64,000 nt of DNA from a virus: positions 64,001 to 128,000 of IMG/VR virus record IMGVR_UViG_3300042544_003795, one strand, 5' to 3'. This document shows, piece by piece, positions 7,344 to 15,941 of the stretch; the stretch's first letter is position 1; every line of letters begins with the position of its first letter. A program made the translations under genes and the position numbers. A model generated the notes under the pieces. It made no database searches. It had not been told where the DNA came from and was given only the letters and a program-made list of their open reading frames with translations.

Positions 7344-7679
7344 TTAGCGTAATTTTACTAAATCTTCAACATTAAATCCAGTTGAATTGTAAGTGTAAAT
7401 AAAATCATCAGGAAGAGGAGTATGGAACCCATCGAACTCTTTTCTAGAAGAAATATGATTCACAAACTCTCTAAATTCAGGTTCAATTTTCTTTGGGATC
7501 AAAGAATAAGGACTATTTAAAGCTCTAGCCATAGCAATTTCAACACCTTTTTTCTTACTAGCATTTTCTCCCTTCATTGGCATAGAAAATCCTACGTGAA
7601 CGACTCCTTTTGCTTCGTTTTTAACAGCAACAATAGTCCCTACTAGTTTTTTATCCCGTCGAATATGTTGTATTTTCAT
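7344..7679 (-). CDS. Hypothetical protein
   Basis: 111-aa ORF. Confidence 0.75.
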   Translation of the reverse strand: MKIQHIRRDKKLVGTIVAVKNEAKGVVHVGFSMPMKGENASKKKGVEIAMARALNSPYSLIPKKIEPEFREFVNHISSRKEFDGFHTPLPDDFIYTYNSTGFNVEDLVKLR

Positions 7680-7691
7680 TTTTATTTTTGT

Positions 7692-7910
7692 TTAATCTAA
7701 ATCACTCATTTCTTTAATAATATTCAAAAGGTCATCCCTGCTTACTATAGTAGCTGGGACCTCAGCAGGAGGAACTAATTTAGAAGAATTTAAATGATCA
7801 ATTAAATACGAACACTGACCCTTTCGATTCTCAAGTGACGTTTTTTCAACAGAAAAGATATTTTTACCGTTACGATAAGTTTTGACTAAAACAGTAGATA
7901 GTAATTCCAT
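7692..7910 (-). CDS. Hypothetical protein
   Basis: 72-aa ORF. Confidence 0.65.
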   Translation of the reverse strand: MELLSTVLVKTYRNGKNIFSVEKTSLENRKGQCSYLIDHLNSSKLVPPAEVPATIVSRDDLLNIIKEMSDLD

Positions 7911-7935
7911 AAGTATTTTTTATTAACTAAATTTA

Positions 7936-8271
7936 TTAATCTCTGACATTTCTCATGCTTTCAGAGAAATAATCATACTCTTGCTGGAAGTCGATTTCCC
8001 ATGTGCCGGGAGACAATTTAATATCATTATGCCTATCAGCTATAGCGCAACGAACAGTGGTCTCAACTGAATTTTTTATAAAGCGCCTGTCCCCTTTTTT
8101 ATAAACATTCACTCCGGGTTTTAGATCTACGACGTGATGGTTGCCCGTTACTTCGCTGTCAGCAATTACAACATATTTACTTTCGATTTTCTCTTGTTCA
8201 GCTTCAGCAGGGAGACGAGACGAAAACAAAACACATTCACCGTGAACGATAGCTTTTTTTAATTTTTTCAT
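7936..8271 (-). CDS. His-motif beta protein commonly encoded beside DUF6745 genes
   Basis: HGEC, IADSEVTGNHH, H..I.L.PG.W, QQEYD...RNVRD; start moved to 8271 because a promoter overlaps 8296-8323. Confidence 0.78.
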   Translation of the reverse strand: MKKLKKAIVHGECVLFSSRLPAEAEQEKIESKYVVIADSEVTGNHHVVDLKPGVNVYKKGDRRFIKNSVETTVRCAIADRHNDIKLSPGTWEIDFQQEYDYFSESMRNVRD

Positions 8272-8295
8272 ATAAAGTAATAAGATGACTATTTG

Positions 8296-8323
8296 AGTAT
8301 ACACATTTTAGTGTTTTAGTCAA
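8296..8323 (-). promoter_or_regulatory. sigma70-type promoter
   Basis: TTGACT-N16-TATACT. Confidence 0.8.
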
Positions 8324-8342
8324 GACCTTTTTCAAAAAATCT

Positions 8343-8804
8343 TTATTTGTTTAAGTTTTTTATTAATGAATTACTGGAATTTATAACACCTTCTTTGATT
8401 GAAGTCCTAATCGTATTTCTCAAAGGTATTCTTAAAGAAGAAGTTACCGAATAAGAAAGAGAATTATCAATTAAATGACTCATGGGATTAAAAAAAGAAG
8501 AGTTTAGTAAATCCCAAGGTTCACGCCGAGTTTTTGCCAAAAGAGACATTTCTGTTAAATATCTTGTTTTTGCAATTACTTTTTGTTTATCAATATCCGC
8601 ATTCATCTCTCTGATTTTAGATTTTATTAATGGATACGCTTTAATACCATTAATATTTTCTGACATAGGATTTATGAAGGACAACATTATACCTGATGCA
8701 TTTTCAATCTCGCAGGATGACAGTAGAGAGACCCAAAACTCTTTTAAGATAGGATCTCTCAATGAAGCCCGAGCAGATTCGCCTAAAATAGAATTTTTAA
8801 TCAT
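8343..8804 (-). CDS. Ser-periodic array paralog, double-length
   Basis: Two S-x-x-x-S-rich halves; ends SSNSLIKNLNK like array members. Confidence 0.72.
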   Translation of the reverse strand: MIKNSILGESARASLRDPILKEFWVSLLSSCEIENASGIMLSFINPMSENINGIKAYPLIKSKIREMNADIDKQKVIAKTRYLTEMSLLAKTRREPWDLLNSSFFNPMSHLIDNSLSYSVTSSLRIPLRNTIRTSIKEGVINSSNSLIKNLNK

Positions 8805-9033
8805 TATTTAAATATTCTTTAAAATAAATACTGTTTAATTCTTCGACTACATTCCTACAACATGTTGGGTCCATAGAATTAGGGATCAATAAAGATCTCC
8901 AATGAAAATCTACTATATTTTTCCTAAGACTACTTTCAAGTGAAGAATTAATAGAGTCCAAAATAGGCCTACGAATACTGGAATTATATTCCCTTGGTAA
9001 AAACCTAATTTTATTTTTCAGTCTATATGACAT
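8797..9033 (-). CDS. Ser-periodic array paralog
   Basis: SSIRRPILDSINSSLESSL...; ends YLNND overlapping the next ATG. Confidence 0.72.
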   Translation of the reverse strand: MSYRLKNKIRFLPREYNSSIRRPILDSINSSLESSLRKNIVDFHWRSLLIPNSMDPTCCRNVVEELNSIYFKEYLNND

Positions 9034-9045
9034 ATAAGAAATATA

Positions 9046-10002
9046 TCAAGAAATCGAAAGGACATTTAACTCTCTGCCCCGGAATCTTTCTTTAATAGCG
9101 TCTTGCAGGGACCTGCAACGAGGAGAGACAGCTTCAACATGCCAAACTCCAGTAGTCTGATTAAGCATTTTCAAATGCGGAGCGAATTTCACCCCTACAA
9201 ATAATTTCTTCATATCCCAAAGTTCATACTCAGATTTTGTCCACCACTCCTCATCGTAATTTTCATAAGTGTCTATTTTAGTGCCCAACTCTAACATTCT
9301 CTCTACGCCGTATTTTTTGACAAAAGCCATTTTTACATCAGCATTTTTAATAGAATTATAATACTGAATATTTAATTCATGAGATGGAGTTTCAGCCAAT
9401 TCTTGAGGAACTGTTATTCCATCCAGTGACCATACATTGGGAGCGAAAGCTCCTGCATACTCAATAGCTGGACCATCGCTATCTGCATGGACTTTCCCTT
9501 CTTCATTGATTTTAATCTTCAATGGCTTTTGAGAGACAATACATACATGATCAAGAGGGAAAATCATTCCAAGTTTAGTAGAGTCTTCCCAAATTTTATA
9601 TTTAGCTAAAATATCATCTTGAACTTTAATTTTCAATTCATTAAAGACATAATCATAAAAAGAAAATAATGATGCACCGAAAGATCCATCTAGAAACGGA
9701 TTAACAAAATCAGCAAGTTTCATTCTCGTTTTACCACTTACGTAGTCCTCAACTCTCCCTAGGATCTCATTGACAGGAGTTCCCTCTAAAGCAATGTGAC
9801 AGGCAATCCATGCAAGAATAGGATTATCTACAATGATAACCGGTGTTTTTTTTCGATTCAGTAGTTCCGTTTGAATCTTATTAACAATATCTAGAGTCTC
9901 GTCATAGTCAAGACGGTCTGTATTATGACCGATAGCAATCCATTTTTTAATGTAATCCGCTTTAGCAGCTTCGTTTTCAGGAGTCAAAGATTTAATTTTC
10001 AT
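9046..10002 (-). CDS. DUF6745-like protein
   Basis: KSLTPE..A...Y..KW..IG..T..LD; W......G.IFP...VCIVSQKP; H...GPAIEY; W.LDGI.VP; I.NA.V....V..YG.ER. Confidence 0.8.
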   Translation of the reverse strand: MKIKSLTPENEAAKADYIKKWIAIGHNTDRLDYDETLDIVNKIQTELLNRKKTPVIIVDNPILAWIACHIALEGTPVNEILGRVEDYVSGKTRMKLADFVNPFLDGSFGASLFSFYDYVFNELKIKVQDDILAKYKIWEDSTKLGMIFPLDHVCIVSQKPLKIKINEEGKVHADSDGPAIEYAGAFAPNVWSLDGITVPQELAETPSHELNIQYYNSIKNADVKMAFVKKYGVERMLELGTKIDTYENYDEEWWTKSEYELWDMKKLFVGVKFAPHLKMLNQTTGVWHVEAVSPRCRSLQDAIKERFRGRELNVLSIS

Positions 10003-10006
10003 ATGT

Positions 10007-10213
10007 TTAAATATTTTTATATTGTTTATTTTCTACTTCTTTATATTCTAAAACTTTTTCGACATCTATACAGTTTAAAGCTTTTCTTTTTAACGAATGA
10101 GGACAATTAGCTCTATAAGCCTTCCAGACAATTTTACCATCATAATTTTGCAATTTAATGTGCCAATTTTTGATTAATCTAATTTGATTTCTTTTTTTAT
10201 TTTGAACAGTCAT
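10007..10213 (-). CDS. Hypothetical basic protein
   Basis: 68-aa ORF, 4-nt overlap with upstream gene. Confidence 0.65.
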   Translation of the reverse strand: MTVQNKKRNQIRLIKNWHIKLQNYDGKIVWKAYRANCPHSLKRKALNCIDVEKVLEYKEVENKQYKNI

Positions 10214-10392
10214 TTTATGAGGTTCATAATTTTATATTTCAACGGATCTATAATGCTCGCCGAGATCTCTCCGTCAAAAAAAGCATTGTCTATTATAAAG
10301 TCAACACTTTCTTTTTTAGAAATATTTGTGTACTCATGATCATCTTCAAATTTTTGTTTACACAGATCTAAATATTGATTAATCGTTTTCAT
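10210..10392 (-). CDS. Hypothetical protein
   Basis: 60-aa ORF coupled to the last array member. Confidence 0.65.
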   Translation of the reverse strand: MKTINQYLDLCKQKFEDDHEYTNISKKESVDFIIDNAFFDGEISASIIDPLKYKIMNLIK

Positions 10393-10612
10393 TTAATTTA
10401 TCAATTATATCATTTATTGAAAGATCTTTAACCATATTATTATCTGGATAGTTTATTAAATCATAAATTGAGCGTCGAATAGAAAATGCATTAAACGAAG
10501 AATGAAAAATTAAATCATTAATTAAAAACAGAAAAGAACCCTGTATTCCAAGGCACACTTTATGACCAATTATATCATTGACTTTATACTCGTTAATATT
10601 AGAAATTTTCAT
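10379..10612 (-). CDS. Ser-periodic array paralog
   Basis: Ends IIDKLNEND; 14-nt overlaps on both sides. Confidence 0.78.
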   Translation of the reverse strand: MKISNINEYKVNDIIGHKVCLGIQGSFLFLINDLIFHSSFNAFSIRRSIYDLINYPDNNMVKDLSINDIIDKLNEND

Positions 10613-10811
10613 TTAATTTGTTAATCATTTTTTGTGTTAATCTTCCAATTGAATTCCCGAATGGATTTTCAACTAAATGATAAATTGAATCATCTGTTAA
10701 ATCCTCAATTGAATGAAGAAATGGGTTTTGTATTAAATTCAAAATTTTCCATTTAACTGAATCATAAACTAAATTATAAGTTCCGTAACAGTACAAACTA
10801 AAACTTTTCAT
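10599..10811 (-). CDS. Ser-periodic array paralog
   Basis: VYDSV...HSI...DSIY...NSI; ends INKLNENF. Confidence 0.8.
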   Translation of the reverse strand: MKSFSLYCYGTYNLVYDSVKWKILNLIQNPFLHSIEDLTDDSIYHLVENPFGNSIGRLTQKMINKLNENF

Positions 10812-10995
10812 TCAATTGATCTATTAAATATTCTGTTGAATTACAGATTGAAATGAAATAACTATCAGAAAAATCTACGATTGAGTTCTCAATAGAAGGA
10901 ATTAATGGATTACTGATAGCGTATAAGATTGAATCCCAGACTGGAATTTTTACAGAACGCGAAACTCTACCATGAAGCGGATTAAAATCAATCAT
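10798..10995 (-). CDS. Ser-periodic array paralog
   Basis: RSVKIPVWDSI...PSIENSI; ends IDQLNEKF. Confidence 0.8.
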   Translation of the reverse strand: MIDFNPLHGRVSRSVKIPVWDSILYAISNPLIPSIENSIVDFSDSYFISICNSTEYLIDQLNEKF

Positions 10996-11197
10996 TTAAT
11001 TTGTTAATTGAATTTATAGATTGACGCAAGATTTTATTGCCAGTCGAAACTTGTACAACATTAGAAACAGTATTTTTAACTAAATAATAATTTGAATTTC
11101 TGAATGAACTGTATATAGAATCTATAGATGAAGAATCACTAATAGAATGGAATATACGTTCACTGATTGTAATTTTTATGTTATAAAGATTTCTCAT
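10988..11197 (-). CDS. Ser-periodic array paralog
   Basis: HSISDSSSIDSIYSSFRNS; ends INKLND. Confidence 0.8.
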   Translation of the reverse strand: MRNLYNIKITISERIFHSISDSSSIDSIYSSFRNSNYYLVKNTVSNVVQVSTGNKILRQSINSINKLND

Positions 11198-11402
11198 TTA
11201 GCTTTTTAATTAAATTTAGTTCTTTAATCGAATTTATAAATGAATCCTCTACTGAATTTTCACTTGAACCTCTCACTTTCGAAAATGTTGACTCCGAGAG
11301 AGAACAGAATAGTGAATAGTCAATCGAATTATAAATTATTAAACAAATTTGATTGTAAACAGATTCATTTATTAATTTTTGAACTTTATTAATACTTTTC
11401 AT
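11181..11402 (-). CDS. Ser-periodic array paralog
   Basis: ESVYNQI...NSI...NSVEDSFINSI; ends IKKLNEKSL. Confidence 0.8.
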   Translation of the reverse strand: MKSINKVQKLINESVYNQICLIIYNSIDYSLFCSLSESTFSKVRGSSENSVEDSFINSIKELNLIKKLNEKSL

Positions 11403-11562
11403 TCATTTTTTTAACTAAATTTTTAGCAGAATCTTTTACTGAATATTTGACAGGATCTCGACCCATAAAATATATAGGAGAAAAAAGATAATTCTTTAAA
11501 GAAAAAAGGGAATCTAATCCGCTAATTGAATTATAAACTGATGTCCAAATTTTATTTTTCAT
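11389..11562 (-). CDS. Ser-periodic array paralog (57 aa, below ORF-track cutoff)
   Basis: Hand-translated MKNKIWTSVYNSISGLDSLFSLKNYLFSPIYFMGRDPVKYSVKDSAKNLVKKMNEKY; fills the gap exactly. Confidence 0.8.
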   Translation of the reverse strand: MKNKIWTSVYNSISGLDSLFSLKNYLFSPIYFMGRDPVKYSVKDSAKNLVKKMNEKY

Positions 11563-11746
11563 TCAATTCTTTAATTAATTTTTGAGCAGAACTTTGAATT
11601 AAATTTTCAGAGGAATCTCTAACTGGAATTTCAATTAGAGTATAAATTAAATTTTGGACTGAATAATCAACAGAGTGACGTAGAGAATTATAAAGTAGAT
11701 TTGTTATTTTATTCCTTACTTCCCATCGTATATGAACACTTTGCAT
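11552..11746 (-). CDS. Ser-periodic array paralog
   Basis: NSLRHSVDYSVQN...PVRDSSEN; ends LIKELNEK. Confidence 0.8.
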   Translation of the reverse strand: MQSVHIRWEVRNKITNLLYNSLRHSVDYSVQNLIYTLIEIPVRDSSENLIQSSAQKLIKELNEK

Positions 11747-11963
11747 TTAAATTATCTATAAGAATTTTTGATGAATTTTGAATAGCTCGCCATATAAAAT
11801 TATTAACTGCATGTCCAACAGAATCCTGAAAAGAATAAAGAGTTGGATTTAGCATTGAAGTCGAAATTGATTTCCACATTAAATCAGAAATTAAATTACT
11901 TGTTTTAATAAGTTTTTCATTTACTTGATCATTATAAATGCGAATTTTATAAGAAGGTTTCAT
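11709..11963 (-). CDS. Ser-periodic array paralog
   Basis: KSISTSM...YSFQDSV...NSSKILIDNLNAK. Confidence 0.78.
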   Translation of the reverse strand: MKPSYKIRIYNDQVNEKLIKTSNLISDLMWKSISTSMLNPTLYSFQDSVGHAVNNFIWRAIQNSSKILIDNLNAKCSYTMGSKE

Positions 11964-11975
11964 TCTTTGTTTACT

Positions 11976-12359
11976 TTAGTTAGACTCCCAATCTCCTTCG
12001 CCATTTGTGAAATAAACATTTTTAAAATTTAATTGATTCAACATATTAGAACAGCATTCGCAAGGCTTACTCTGATTGAACTCTCCATTCCTGTCAATCC
12101 TTAATACAGCCAAAGAATATTTTCTGCAATCAGTCTTACCAAATTTAATGGCCGCAGCAAGTTCTGCATGGAGACGAGAGAAATCTTGATACCCATATTT
12201 TTTAATTTGAGGATGAGTCTTTTTTGAATTCACCCCTATTGATAATATATTATTACCTTTAAAAATAAACGCAATATGGAAACACCTGCTCTCACGAGAT
12301 AAGTTATCCCAAGCTAAAGTTTTAATTCTTTCTAAAACTTTTCTTTTTTTAATTATCAC
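11976..12359 (-). CDS. Cytidine/deoxycytidylate deaminase-fold Zn protein
   Basis: HAE and SKPCECC motifs. Confidence 0.82.
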   Translation of the reverse strand: MIIKKRKVLERIKTLAWDNLSRESRCFHIAFIFKGNNILSIGVNSKKTHPQIKKYGYQDFSRLHAELAAAIKFGKTDCRKYSLAVLRIDRNGEFNQSKPCECCSNMLNQLNFKNVYFTNGEGDWESN

Positions 12360-12568
12360 TTTTTGTCCTTTAAGAATGAGGAATCTATAGACTTGAGTAT
12401 ACTTGCCAATGCTTCGATTTCTGAACCTTTAGTCTCTTCTACTAAAACCACTTTTTCATTTGAATTGTCAACGACTTCTAATAGCCAAGACTTTTCTCCA
12501 AAATCTATACGTTTTAGGAAATTTACACTATAACCATAATAGTTTATAATACTAAAGGGAATGCTCAT
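12356..12568 (-). CDS. Hypothetical protein
   Basis: 70-aa ORF. Confidence 0.6.
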   Translation of the reverse strand: MSIPFSIINYYGYSVNFLKRIDFGEKSWLLEVVDNSNEKVVLVEETKGSEIEALASILKSIDSSFLKDKK

Positions 12569-12585
12569 TTCTCATGACTGTACTG

Positions 12586-13263
12586 TCATTTTATCTTACT
12601 GTCAATAGGTTTTCTTACTTCTATATAATATTTACTATTATTATTATCATAGCAGATTAAAGAAGATTCCCCCTTTGGTAAAGAATCTTGGAAATACTCA
12701 TCAACAATTTCCCATGCTTTTTCTGGTAGTTTATTTAACAAATTCTTATGAATTTCCAAATTGATCTCTGGGTCTTCGATGTAAAATTCTTTAGTTTTCT
12801 TAAAGCCTAGAATCTCAGGTAAAGGCTCATCAGAAACTTTACAAGGATCATCAAATTGACGGAAGAAAGGATTAAAGAAACCATTATTAAAGTGAACAGC
12901 TAAAAACTGCTCAAAGGTTTTTTGAATTTCATATGCTATATTACCCCTTCCTATTTCTTTACTTGAAACAGAAAAAAATTGTGTCCCTTCTAAAGCAGGC
13001 CTCTTAATAGCTAAATTTATTGGGTACGAGTTTTTATCAAGCTCTGAAATATTTTCAAATTTGCGTTTAGATGGGAAAACCGTATCCATAACAATAGAAC
13101 TAATCAATTGTTTTTCTTCTGCGCAAAGAAATTTATCTTGATAAACAATGTCTAGAGCTATATCAACCTGACCGGATCGAAGCCTTGAATACATTTCAAC
13201 AGCATCTTGAATTAGCTTAAGATGTTTAAGAGTCAGTTTTACGGTATAGAATTCTGGGTTCAT
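12586..13263 (-). CDS. Hypothetical phage protein
   Basis: 225-aa ORF. Confidence 0.75.
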   Translation of the reverse strand: MNPEFYTVKLTLKHLKLIQDAVEMYSRLRSGQVDIALDIVYQDKFLCAEEKQLISSIVMDTVFPSKRKFENISELDKNSYPINLAIKRPALEGTQFFSVSSKEIGRGNIAYEIQKTFEQFLAVHFNNGFFNPFFRQFDDPCKVSDEPLPEILGFKKTKEFYIEDPEINLEIHKNLLNKLPEKAWEIVDEYFQDSLPKGESSLICYDNNNSKYYIEVRKPIDSKIK

Positions 13264-13269
13264 CTTATT

Positions 13270-13410
13270 TTATTCTTCTTCAGAGTTTTGTTTTTTCTTT
13301 TTAAAGGAATTTATTTTTTTTGATTTCTTCTTTGAGAATATCAAATCCCAGTTTTCATTATATTTTTTATAATCTGAAATACGATTTCTGTCACCTTTTC
13401 CGTTTTGCAT
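13270..13410 (-). CDS. Small conserved-looking phage protein (GKGD..R...Y..NWD.IF type)
   Basis: Hand-translated MQNGKGDRNRISDYKKYNENWDLIFSKKK..., 46 aa. Confidence 0.7.
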   Translation of the reverse strand: MQNGKGDRNRISDYKKYNENWDLIFSKKKSKKINSFKKKKQNSEEE

Positions 13411-13415
13411 ATTTA

Positions 13416-13649
13416 CTAATTTACTTTTTTGAAAATTTCGTAGTCGCTTTTGTGCTCAACATATTTGTTCCATATAGGTTTATGGATTTCCCTATTACTG
13501 ACTGCATACTCTCCTTTATATAGAGAATATGAACATTTGCCTACACTATCAAGGTAAATATAAAGAAGTTTTGCCTTCTCCATACTCTCGTTGTCCTTTT
13601 GTCTTTTTTCGATTAAATTTGAAATAAATTTAGAAAATAGGTTTTTCAT
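13416..13649 (-). CDS. Hypothetical protein
   Basis: 77-aa ORF directly behind a promoter. Confidence 0.65.
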   Translation of the reverse strand: MKNLFSKFISNLIEKRQKDNESMEKAKLLYIYLDSVGKCSYSLYKGEYAVSNREIHKPIWNKYVEHKSDYEIFKKVN

Positions 13650-13658
13650 TGGATCTTT

Positions 13659-13686
13659 AATATATAGAGAAAAAAAAGGTTGTCAA
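13659..13686 (-). promoter_or_regulatory. sigma70-type promoter heading the accessory region
   Basis: TTGACA-N16-TATATT. Confidence 0.8.
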
Positions 13687-13698
13687 GTTTTTTATTTT

Positions 13699-14475
13699 TT
13701 ATAAATTAATATTTTTTCTTCTTATAAAATTTAAATCGAAGGTTGTATAATTAATAGGATATTTATTAAATGGCAAAAGTGTAGGGCTAGTATATCTCCA
13801 ACCTGCCCCCCATTTTTCATTCAAATATTCAAAGTTAATTAAATTAATTTCATTCAATCTTTTTGCTAAATCAGGATTAGATTTTTTAGTTTGACTCCCA
13901 TGAATATAATATTCTGTACAGAATCCTGTCCCATGCAAATAAGGCTTGCTCAAATTACACACTCTTTTAATATTTCCATTATGCAATCTCAATATATAAT
14001 CAGCATCTTCACTATAAGCAGGAGTAAGATTCTCATCGAATAAACCATATTGCTGAATTACAAAATCTTTAATCAAGAAAAGATCCCATGCTCCTTGGCC
14101 GAAATCTCCTCCATAAGGATGCACCATACCCACCTCTGGGTCTTTAGCATTTTCGAAGATTTCTTCTAGCAGTCCCTCTGTGAATGCTATATCGTCGTTT
14201 ACTATGATCCAATACGGAGAATTTATATAAGATTTTATAATCAAATTCCAAGCTGCCGAAACTCCTAAATTAGCAGGTAAATGACATATAAATAATTTAT
14301 CAATAAATTTATTCTCTATTAATCTTAACTTTTCAAGTTCGTTTGTTATTTCGTCTTTTCCATTATTATTAAATATAATAAAATTCTCCAATGGGTAATC
14401 TATACTTTCATATAAACGCTTTACCCAATGGGGATTTTTCATTACAGCTGTTCCTATAACAGGTATTTTATTCAT
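13699..14475 (-). CDS. GT-A fold glycosyltransferase (GT2-like)
   Basis: NLGVSAAWN, IVNDD, GLFDEN, YSEDADY. Confidence 0.85.
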   Translation of the reverse strand: MNKIPVIGTAVMKNPHWVKRLYESIDYPLENFIIFNNNGKDEITNELEKLRLIENKFIDKLFICHLPANLGVSAAWNLIIKSYINSPYWIIVNDDIAFTEGLLEEIFENAKDPEVGMVHPYGGDFGQGAWDLFLIKDFVIQQYGLFDENLTPAYSEDADYILRLHNGNIKRVCNLSKPYLHGTGFCTEYYIHGSQTKKSNPDLAKRLNEINLINFEYLNEKWGAGWRYTSPTLLPFNKYPINYTTFDLNFIRRKNINL

Positions 14476-14496
14476 TTATTATTTTTTTGTATGTAT

Positions 14497-15939
14497 TTAA
14501 AATTCAACTTTAGATACAATATTATATGAAAAATAAATCATAAATTGTCCAAGATGGGTATTTTTCCAATAATCTCTAAAATCATATAAATACTGATCAT
14601 TGAAAATATCTACAGTTATATCTTTTCCTGTCCTTTCGTATACATGTATATCTAAGCAGTCTCTTAAATATAAATCTCGGAATTCAATGAACCTTTCTAC
14701 TGCATTTTCATGATCGTTAATATGCCATTCTCCAGCGAAATTTTTAATATTATTTCTAATAAAATTGTAGTTCTCTTTTGTAAAGATTGAATATTCCCCA
14801 CCTTCGCAATCAAATTTTAAAAAATCAATTTTAGAAATATTATAATCTTTAATAATTTTTTCAAATGTAGTGGTAGAATATAAATCTCCTTCATGTTCAT
14901 ATATATAAACTCCGTTTTCTGGTATAGATTTTATATCTTCTTCATCAGAAATTGCCTTATTTATAAAAACAACAGGACCATGGGAAACATTTTTTCGCAA
15001 ATAATTTATAACATTATTTGATGGCTCAATACAATAAACCTGTTTCGGTTTTTTATCCAAAATTGAAAAAGTAAATGACCCATAGTTTGCCCCAATATCA
15101 AATACTATATCATCAGTTTTTACTTCTTGATGTTTTTCGTATGTTCTATAAATAAAATTTTCATTTTTAAATAAATTCACGTACTCTTGGTCTAAAGTCC
15201 CCCAATCGAAATTTGATATATTACTTACCCATTCTTGATTTTTTTTCGTGTTATCAATATAAATAATAATTGTTCCATAATATTCGATAAACCAATCATC
15301 CCAAAGACTCCATTTGATATCCATGTCATCCATAGAAAAAATTTGATGATTTTGCATTTCTTTTAAATACAAATCTCGAAATTCTTTAAATTTATCTTTT
15401 AATTCTCTATTATGTAAATGCCATTCTCCACTTATTTTTTTTACATTATTTTTTATCCATTCAAAATTTTCTAAATTAAATACATCGTATTCTCCACCTT
15501 CGCAATCTATTTTTAAAAAATCTATTTTCTCAATATTATATAAATCTATAAATGTTTTAAAGGTTAAAGAACAAGCCTCTGATTGGATAGACCACATATC
15601 AGGAAAGTTTTTATTATATAACCCATTAAAGATAATTTTACCATTTTTATCAGAGATGCCTTTGTTCAATAAAACAACATTGCTTTTATCTAATAAATTA
15701 GAACTTAAATTTTGAAATAATTCTGGATGAGGTTCTAAACAAAAAACTTTTTTAGGGTTTTTCTCTAGTATATTATAAGAGAATGGGCCTACACTAGCAC
15801 CTATATCTACGACGATATCATTCTCTTCTACGGAAAAAAATTTCTGATAATCATCTTTATCTATTATTTCATGTTTTAATATATTTAAAAACCAATCATC
15901 TTCGGCTATGAGACCCCAATCAAAATTTTTGTCAATCAT
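14497..15939 (-). CDS. FkbM-family methyltransferase with tandem duplicated domains
   Basis: Two copies of FDWG...DIGA..G.F...EP...IDFLK.DCEGGEY...GEWH. Confidence 0.88.
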   Translation of the reverse strand: MIDKNFDWGLIAEDDWFLNILKHEIIDKDDYQKFFSVEENDIVVDIGASVGPFSYNILEKNPKKVFCLEPHPELFQNLSSNLLDKSNVVLLNKGISDKNGKIIFNGLYNKNFPDMWSIQSEACSLTFKTFIDLYNIEKIDFLKIDCEGGEYDVFNLENFEWIKNNVKKISGEWHLHNRELKDKFKEFRDLYLKEMQNHQIFSMDDMDIKWSLWDDWFIEYYGTIIIYIDNTKKNQEWVSNISNFDWGTLDQEYVNLFKNENFIYRTYEKHQEVKTDDIVFDIGANYGSFTFSILDKKPKQVYCIEPSNNVINYLRKNVSHGPVVFINKAISDEEDIKSIPENGVYIYEHEGDLYSTTTFEKIIKDYNISKIDFLKFDCEGGEYSIFTKENYNFIRNNIKNFAGEWHINDHENAVERFIEFRDLYLRDCLDIHVYERTGKDITVDIFNDQYLYDFRDYWKNTHLGQFMIYFSYNIVSKVEF

Positions 15940-15941
15940 AT

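Noticed and set aside
1-11963. Diversity-generating retroelement or shufflon behind the arrays
   Set aside because: No reverse transcriptase, no template/variable repeat pair differing only at adenines, no recombinase or inverted sites in the window
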